Of a stretch of DNA of 64,000 bases, positions 57,895 through 64,000 are shown in pieces. Both the position numbers and the translations under genes were made by a program. Position 1 is the first letter of the stretch. Each line of letters begins with the position of its first letter. The notes beneath the pieces are model-generated. The model was not told where the DNA came from and ran no database searches. It saw only the letters and a list, made by a program, of their open reading frames with translations. Source of the DNA: Candidatus Latescibacterota bacterium. GTDB lineage: Bacteria > Latescibacterota > UBA2968 > GCA-2709665. The stretch lies in the NCBI GenBank assembly GCA_965116875.1, contig OZ220733.1, positions 2,208,001 through 2,272,000 of the forward strand. Reading direction: 5' to 3'.

Positions 57895-59268
57895 TTGCAC
57901 CATCTATGGATCACGGTTCTGGTCGCATTCACTCCGGCGTCGGCGCCCGCCCAATCCCCCGGAGATGAAATGGTCCTGGTACAGTCCGGCCAGGAACGGT
58001 TCTACATGAGCAGGCATGAGGTGACGGTCGAACAGTTCAAGGCGTTCGATCCGGACTATCATCCGGCGTACACCTATTTCGACGATGCCAATATGCCTGC
58101 CACAGCGATTACATTCACGCAGGCGAAAGCGTATTGCGAAGCGCAGGACAAGCGTCTGCCAACGTCCGATGAATGGGTCGTAGCGTGCGGCGGTCTGGAG
58201 GGAACGGCCTACGCCTACGGAAACAATTACGACCCGAACCACGCGCGTGCGGGACGAAAGAACTGGACCGACGGTCCCAGGGCAGTGATGAGCTACGGGA
58301 AAAACTGGGCGGGACTGTTCGATATGTCCGGAAACGTTTGGGAGTGGGTTGAAGACGGCGGCGAAGGCGGTATGCAAAAGGTGTACGGCGGGTCCTGGAC
58401 GGATGGTCCCAGGTTGACACGGTGCGGTTCCGCGAGGCGGGCGAAAGTCGATCTGAAATCGCTGAACTACGGTTTCCGATGCGCCCGCTCCCTGACGGAG
58501 GCCGACCGGATTCGCCTGGCCAGGAAGGAGTCGGAGGCGCGGCGCAGAATCCAGGCGCGTGTCCGCAGGGAGGCCGCCCGCCGAAAGGCCGTGGTCAAAG
58601 CCAAAGAGGCCGCCCGAAGGGCGAAAATCGACGCACAGGCGAAAACGGCCAGAGAGGCCGAACTCGCCGAAGAACAGGCAAGGGCGGCCGAGGCGGAGCG
58701 AAGAGCCGCCGCTTTCGCCAAAAAGGTCGAAGGCATGCTGAAAATTGAGGCCTCCGCTTTCCAGACCTTTTACATCGATCCGCACGAAGTCAGCGTTGAG
58801 GCATATGGGGCGTTTGACTCCGCTTACAGGCCGGATGAGTTCTCTAACGGACCTCGAATGCCGGCCACCGGAATGACTCACGAACAGGCGCGGGAATACT
58901 GTGGTTCTCTCGGCAAGAGGCTGCCGACGTCCGAGGAATGGGTTGCGGCGTGTCTGGGCGAAGCGGGCGATATCTATTCCTACGGAAAGCGCTACGATCC
59001 CGCCAGGTCCCGGACCGGACTGGCCTGGAGTGCCGGGGCCGGAGAAGTGGCCACTGGAGACCCCAACGTCTATGGCGCCAGGGACATGGTGGGCAATGTC
59101 TGGGAGTGGGTGGACGGTTGGTATGGAAACAACAGGAAACTCCGTGCAATATACGGCGGCTCATGGCTTGACGACGAAAAGCGGGCGAAATGCACCGGCG
59201 CAGGATGGGCGAAACCCGATGAAAGGCGGTCGGACGTCGGGTTTCGCTGCGCGGTGGGAGCCGAATAG
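57895..59268 (+). CDS. Secreted protein with two FGE-sulfatase (SUMF1/CLec-fold) domains joined by a charged coiled-coil linker
   Basis: Twice: HEV, KRLPTS.EW..AC, DM.GNVWEWV, GGSW, GFRCA; A/E/K/R-rich linker. Confidence 0.85.
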   Translation: MHHLWITVLVAFTPASAPAQSPGDEMVLVQSGQERFYMSRHEVTVEQFKAFDPDYHPAYTYFDDANMPATAITFTQAKAYCEAQDKRLPTSDEWVVACGGLEGTAYAYGNNYDPNHARAGRKNWTDGPRAVMSYGKNWAGLFDMSGNVWEWVEDGGEGGMQKVYGGSWTDGPRLTRCGSARRAKVDLKSLNYGFRCARSLTEADRIRLARKESEARRRIQARVRREAARRKAVVKAKEAARRAKIDAQAKTAREAELAEEQARAAEAERRAAAFAKKVEGMLKIEASAFQTFYIDPHEVSVEAYGAFDSAYRPDEFSNGPRMPATGMTHEQAREYCGSLGKRLPTSEEWVAACLGEAGDIYSYGKRYDPARSRTGLAWSAGAGEVATGDPNVYGARDMVGNVWEWVDGWYGNNRKLRAIYGGSWLDDEKRAKCTGAGWAKPDERRSDVGFRCAVGAE

Positions 59269-59270
59269 GA

Positions 59271-60752
59271 ATGCGTAACTCAAACTGCAGGCGGCCGCAT
59301 GCGGTTTGGCGGTCTGCCTGGTTCATTCTGATCTGCGTCGGCGCCTGGAGCTGCGGCCCCAGTCGGCAGGAAGTGGAACTGGCCGAAAGTAACGCGTTGA
59401 ATACCGTACTCGGTCTCGTACACAACGGCGAACTGGATGGCGCCCTCGTTGCGGAGGCTGTATCGGTCCTGGCGGGTTTGGATCGCTCCGATGTTCGATC
59501 CGCATTCCTGACCCTGTTGGAACATCCGGATGAAATCGTCGTTCTGCGGGCGGTGGAAGCGCTAGGAAAACACGATGGGCCCGGTGCAGTCGATGCACTC
59601 AGAGGCGTGCTCGAAAAGACCGAAAGCGCTTTCGTGAAGGTGGAGGTTGCGGCAGCGCTGGAGCGACTGAATGCCGGGACAATGGCGCCCTGGCTGGCGG
59701 AAACGCTCGGGAACGGTCAGATGGCCATGGTTCGATCCAAAGCGGCCGCCGCATTCGGTCAACTGGAGAACCCGGCGGCTGTACCTGCGCTCAGACGGGC
59801 GTTTGGAGAAGATCCGGATCCGGTTGTGCGATCTTCCGCGGCATTGGCGCTTGCCAGACTGGCGGATCTTCAGAGTCTGCCTGTCATTGCCGATACCCTG
59901 TTGAATACCCGGCAGCTTTCCACCTCGCTGGTCATGGTAGATGCTCTGGAGGAGTTTGGTACCGCCGACGCGATCGACCATCTTGAGACTGTAGCGAAAC
60001 AGACGTCGTGGCAACATTCACTGCGAATTCGCTGCCTGGAAGCGCTGGGAGGATTGTCCGCCAGGAAAATTGGCGTCTACCTCAAGGAACAGCTGCTGGA
60101 AGAAGGACACCCGATGAACCGGCTGCTGGCGGTGGATGGGTTGGGCTGGATTCAGGACTCAACGGCGGTGGAACTCCTGCGATCAGCCTTTTTCGGCCCC
60201 GATAATCAGCCGCTCCGGCTCAGCGCGGCGTGGTCCCTTGCCCGGCTCGGCCACGGAATGGAGATTTCGGAGGAACTGGAAGACGACCTGAAGAGTACGC
60301 ACGTTCCGTTTCGAAGGCGCGCCGCGGAGATCCTGGGTATCATCGCTGATGAACGACGGATCCCCGCGTTGAGGGACGCGTTCTCGGAAAACAGGGAATT
60401 CTCCGTTCGTCTGGCGGTTGTGCAGGCGCTGGGCAAAATCAATAGCGCAGCGTCGGTCGAGGCACTCGCGTGGGCGTTTCATCAGGACCCGTCGCCGGAA
60501 ATCAGGGAGACCATTATTGACGCTCTTGGACAGATTGCGCTGAAACAGGCGACTGAAGCGCTGAACGATATCCTTGTGGAGAACGAAGAAGCGGTCCTTC
60601 AGGCGGCGGCTTTGAGAGGATTGACGCGATCCGGCGACCTGCGACAGCTGAAGACGCTTCGCACGTACCTCGGAAACGCCGAACCGGGCTTGCGCCTGGA
60701 AGCCGCCAGAGGAATCTTCGAGCTCGCCCGCGGGGAGAATAAGCCGGGTTGA
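59271..60752 (+). CDS. HEAT-repeat protein, probable lipoprotein/secreted
   Basis: Hydrophobic segment ending in WSC; more than 10 HEAT-like repeats (VR..AA.ALG type). Confidence 0.82.
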   Translation: MRNSNCRRPHAVWRSAWFILICVGAWSCGPSRQEVELAESNALNTVLGLVHNGELDGALVAEAVSVLAGLDRSDVRSAFLTLLEHPDEIVVLRAVEALGKHDGPGAVDALRGVLEKTESAFVKVEVAAALERLNAGTMAPWLAETLGNGQMAMVRSKAAAAFGQLENPAAVPALRRAFGEDPDPVVRSSAALALARLADLQSLPVIADTLLNTRQLSTSLVMVDALEEFGTADAIDHLETVAKQTSWQHSLRIRCLEALGGLSARKIGVYLKEQLLEEGHPMNRLLAVDGLGWIQDSTAVELLRSAFFGPDNQPLRLSAAWSLARLGHGMEISEELEDDLKSTHVPFRRRAAEILGIIADERRIPALRDAFSENREFSVRLAVVQALGKINSAASVEALAWAFHQDPSPEIRETIIDALGQIALKQATEALNDILVENEEAVLQAAALRGLTRSGDLRQLKTLRTYLGNAEPGLRLEAARGIFELARGENKPG

Positions 60753-60805
60753 CCCGTAAGTCATTTGATCCACGATTATTGCGGCCATATTGTTGCGAAG
60801 GTAAG

Positions 60806-61996
60806 ATGAGCTTACGCCCCAAAATCCAGGTCTGGTTGTACGCTTTCGGTATCCTTATATCGACCGCGTCGGCGCAGACCACTCCCGATATCGATTTCGA
60901 CGGCAACGATGTTATCGATTTCGGGGATTACGTCCTCCTGGCGGAGGCATTCGGAACCGGGGACACGCGGTTTGATCTCAACGGCGACGGAGCCGTCGAT
61001 CTTCAGGATTTTCTGATATTCGCGCGCCTTTACGACAGGGCTCAACACACGGTGATGCATTCTCACGTAGACGAGGAACTTGCCGTCGGTTCCGTCGATG
61101 TGTATACCGTGCCGACCCTGGGAAGCCAGCCACGGGATATCGTGGTCGACGCCCTGGGCCGGGTCTGGTTCGCGCAGACGGGCGCAAACCAGATCGGCCG
61201 TTTCGATCCATCAACCGAGACATTCGTCGAATATCCGTTGCCAACCCCCGGTGGGCGGCCGGCGCGGCTTGCCGTTGACGGCCGCGGGATCGTCTGGTTT
61301 ACGGATATTGTTGCGAATGCGATCGGCCGGCTCGACCCGATTTCCGTAGAAATCCGGGTGTATTCCGTTCCCACCCCGGGAAGCCGGCCCAAAGGACTGG
61401 TTTTCGACCGTAGGGGTTACCTCTGGTTCACGCAGGAATCCGGAAACCAGATCGGTCGACTCGATCCTGATCGCGGCACGTTCGAAGAGTACCCTGTGTT
61501 CACTCCCTCGGCCGGTCTGGACCAGATACTGGTCGACAGCGAAGGAATACTGGTGTTTTCGGAACGAGCCGTCGGAAAATTCGGCCGGATGAATCCGGAA
61601 ACGAAAGAGATCGCGGAGATCGAGATACCCATCCGGAATCTGACCACAAAACAGTTCGTGCTGGATGCCGGAAATCAAATCTGGTTCGCCGCGAATTCCT
61701 TTCAACTGCACAAGTGGGACCTTCTGGCCACCGGGAACTTCACGAGCTACATCCTGCCTGAAGATGGACCGGATCCATCCTCGCTGTCCGTGGATCTCAA
61801 CGGACGAATCTGGTACGCGGCCGATCAGTCCAGGAATTTCGCCAGATTCGATCCGGAGGCTTCCAGTATCAGGATACTCGAACTGCCGTATTCGGTTTCA
61901 GGAGTGGGAGGCATGGCAAGAGATCGGCTTGGAAGGACCTGGTTTACCGATCCTTCCGGGAACCGGATCGGAAGCGTGGAGGACATCGGGCCTTGA
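60806..61996 (+). CDS. Secreted protein: dockerin/EF-hand-like pair plus Vgb (virginiamycin B lyase)-like beta-propeller
   Basis: DFDGNDVIDFGDY...FG and DLNGDGAVDLQDF; seven ~42-aa repeats with G..WF and IGR.DP. Confidence 0.8.
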   Translation: MSLRPKIQVWLYAFGILISTASAQTTPDIDFDGNDVIDFGDYVLLAEAFGTGDTRFDLNGDGAVDLQDFLIFARLYDRAQHTVMHSHVDEELAVGSVDVYTVPTLGSQPRDIVVDALGRVWFAQTGANQIGRFDPSTETFVEYPLPTPGGRPARLAVDGRGIVWFTDIVANAIGRLDPISVEIRVYSVPTPGSRPKGLVFDRRGYLWFTQESGNQIGRLDPDRGTFEEYPVFTPSAGLDQILVDSEGILVFSERAVGKFGRMNPETKEIAEIEIPIRNLTTKQFVLDAGNQIWFAANSFQLHKWDLLATGNFTSYILPEDGPDPSSLSVDLNGRIWYAADQSRNFARFDPEASSIRILELPYSVSGVGGMARDRLGRTWFTDPSGNRIGSVEDIGP

Positions 61997-62160
61997 ATCG
62001 TCTGCCTGATCGCCTGGCGTGTACGTCTCGATCTTCAGGATTGCGGCGTTTTTTTGTGCGACGATAGAAGGAAATCGACACGTTCGGGCGGCGTCGGTAC
62101 CATTCCGGCTGAAGTCGCAGGCGTGAAATCAACACTCGAGTTGAGACGAATGGACCGGCC

Positions 62161-63576
62161 ATGAAGCTCCGAATTCTGACTTTGTTCTGCTTCTGCATGC
62201 TCCCCGTCACAGCCCCGGCCGCAACAGATCGGCTGGTTCTGATCTCACCGCATCCGGACGGAGTGCAGAATGAGTTTGAAACGGCTTTTAAGTCGCACTA
62301 TTCCAGGCTGACGGGCAGGGAGGTCATCCTGGAATGGCTTGACGTCGGCGGTGGCACGAGCTCGATTCTGAGATACGTCAAATCGGAATTCCGTCGAGCG
62401 CCCGGCGGAATCGGTATCGACGTCTTCTTCGGCGGAGGCATGGACCCTTTTATGGAAATCGCCGATATGGGACTCTGTTCGGCTCATCGCCTGCCTGAGG
62501 CGCTGCTGGATCGATTGCCACGGAGAATCGGGGGCATACCTCTGTACGATCCGGACTATCGCTGGTACGGCGCCACCCTGGCTGGTTTCGGAATCGTGTA
62601 CAACCGGGCCGTTCTCGAGCTTGTGAACCTGCCGGCCCCGCGGACCTGGGCCGACCTTGGGGATCCGAAGCTGTTTTCGTGGGTCGGTTCGGGAGATCCC
62701 AGAAGCAGCGGCAGCGTACACATGGCCTATGAGTTGATCCTGCAGGCATACGGCTGGGAGCGAGGCTGGGAGGTCATCACGACACTGGGCGCCAATGTCC
62801 GCAATTTTACGTCAGGCGGCTCACAGGCGCCCAAGGACGTCGCCGCTGGCGAGGTGGCTTACGGTCTGTCCATCGACTTCTATGCCTGGGCCCAGGCCAG
62901 CCAGGTGGGAGGAGACTATATCGGATTCACGATGCCCGACAACCTGACTATTGTCAATCCTGACGGGGTTGCCATCCTGAAAGGCGCATCCAACCTGCGG
63001 GCGGCACGGAGTTTCGTCGAATTCGTCATGTCGGACTCGGGCCAGAAACTCTGGTTTCTGAAAAAGGGGGTACCGGGCGGACCCCTGGAAACCGCGCTGA
63101 ACCGGTTTACGGTATTGCCCGATCTCTACCGGAGGTACCGCGGTGAGGCCGCCGTTGCGCTGAACCCGTTCGAGTGGACGTCGGACCTCGTCTATGACTC
63201 GGAGAAGGCGTCAACCCGATGGCGCGTGTTGAACGACCTGATCGGCGTCATGGTGATCGATTCCCACCAGCAGCTGCAAAACGCCTGGAAAACGGCGATT
63301 ACGGAAGGAATAACCCCCGAACGTGTTCGACGGATCGCGAAAGTACCCGTCGGCGAAGAAGCCTGCGGCCGCCTGGGCGCCCATTGGCGCGATGCGGAAC
63401 TGCGCAACAGGACCCTGGCGTCATGGACGGAATTCGCACGGAACAAATACGGAGTTTCACAGCCGGCGTTTCGAAGTCGTCTTCTGGACAGGCTGACGCT
63501 CCTGTTCCCATTGGGCCTTGCAGGCGCCATGGTGATCTACCTCGCAAAGACGTCGCTTCGCTCGTTTCGACGGTAA
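62161..63576 (+). CDS. ABC transporter substrate-binding protein (AfuA/Fe3+-type family) with C-terminal hydrophobic helix
   Basis: LISPH, DVFFGGG, GIVYN, P.TW.DL, DPRSSGS, VNPD.VAILKGA. Confidence 0.82.
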   Translation: MKLRILTLFCFCMLPVTAPAATDRLVLISPHPDGVQNEFETAFKSHYSRLTGREVILEWLDVGGGTSSILRYVKSEFRRAPGGIGIDVFFGGGMDPFMEIADMGLCSAHRLPEALLDRLPRRIGGIPLYDPDYRWYGATLAGFGIVYNRAVLELVNLPAPRTWADLGDPKLFSWVGSGDPRSSGSVHMAYELILQAYGWERGWEVITTLGANVRNFTSGGSQAPKDVAAGEVAYGLSIDFYAWAQASQVGGDYIGFTMPDNLTIVNPDGVAILKGASNLRAARSFVEFVMSDSGQKLWFLKKGVPGGPLETALNRFTVLPDLYRRYRGEAAVALNPFEWTSDLVYDSEKASTRWRVLNDLIGVMVIDSHQQLQNAWKTAITEGITPERVRRIAKVPVGEEACGRLGAHWRDAELRNRTLASWTEFARNKYGVSQPAFRSRLLDRLTLLFPLGLAGAMVIYLAKTSLRSFRR

Positions 63577-63633
63577 CTCGTCGCCGGCGCCCCGGAAGCA
63601 GGGAAACGTGAGACGGAAGTGGGGGAGAAAAAC

Positions 63634-63797
63634 GGGTAGACGGGAGACGTAAGACGGGAGAAGATATCCTTGCCGGCGAATTTATCCCTGCTTGCCTCCG
63701 GCACGAAAAGAAGCCTCACAAGGCAGGTAATCTCTACCCTCTACCGGCTACCGGCTCACCGCTTTTGGTCTACCGTCTCACGTCTTGCGTCTACCCG
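63634..63797. repeat. Inverted pair of 7-bp tandem repeat arrays (NNAGACG)n / (CGTCTNN)n
   Basis: GGGTAGACG-GGAGACG-TAAGACG-GGAGA at ~63634 versus TCTAC-CGTCTCA-CGTCTTG-CGTCTACCC at ~63769. Confidence 0.6.
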
Positions 63798-63882
63798 CAT
63801 TCAGGCTCTTGTAGCCAATTTGACCGCTGCCATTTTTCGAATTGAGGCTGAAAACAGCCTCCAGGGGACATGAGGGCGTACC

Positions 63883-64000
63883 ATGGTGCGTGTTTGTCTG
63901 CAGGATGTCACAAAGCGATTCGGCAACGTCGTTGCTGTTGAATGCGTCAATCTCGAAATCGAGAAAGGCGAATTCTACTTTCTGCTGGGACCCTCCGGAT
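63883..64000 (+). CDS. ABC transporter ATP-binding protein (PotA/MalK-like), 3'-truncated by window edge
   Basis: [39 protein letters not shown]; GAGG RBS. Confidence 0.88.
   Translation, partial: MVRVCLQDVTKRFGNVVAVECVNLEIEKGEFYFLLGPSG

Noticed and set aside
57895-59268. Diversity-generating retroelement target (CLec-fold domains with GGSW...GFRC ends)
   Set aside because: The two repeats differ at all base types rather than only at adenines, and no template repeat or reverse transcriptase is in the window.
59271-59360. Tat-lipoprotein signal in the HEAT protein as a substrate for Lnt-TatC
   Set aside because: RR is followed by PH rather than the S/T-R-R-x-F-L consensus and the lipobox is weak.
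60806-61996. Streptogramin B resistance gene vgb
   Set aside because: Secreted, dockerin-fused and lacking the catalytic histidine motif; only the fold is shared.
1-64000. CRISPR array, rRNA, prophage or intact transposase
   Set aside because: No regularly spaced direct repeats, rRNA signatures, phage structural genes or DDE/HUH ORFs recognised.

Overview
GC-rich bacterial chromosomal window with about 60 CDS. The gene content (dockerin/EF-hand-like D-x-D-G-x-D repeats, PQQ-type propellers, many Gfo/Idh/MocA enzymes, DUF1080, ceramidase-like and FGE-sulfatase domains) resembles Latescibacterota/Gemmatimonadota/Poribacteria-type carbohydrate degraders; this taxonomy is inference only. Housekeeping genes recognised: hemL, uvrA, rfbB/rfbC, bioF, trmJ. 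There are three putative catabolic/secreted-protein operons (1.3-11.9 kb, 39.6-45.5 kb, 53.4-62 kb) and a co-oriented accessory tract at 24.4-33.8 kb with GNATs, VOC proteins, toxin-antitoxin genes and pseudogenes. Most notable: (1) a single 773-aa ORF fusing an intact-looking apolipoprotein N-acyltransferase (Lnt) to an intact-looking TatC; (2) a tRNA-Arg(UCG)-like gene with its D-arm deleted, sitting between a promoter and uvrA; (3) two families of miniature inverted-repeat elements, one nested inside the other. No rRNA, CRISPR array, integrase or full-length transposase was seen. All calls come from motif recognition by eye; no database searches were run.
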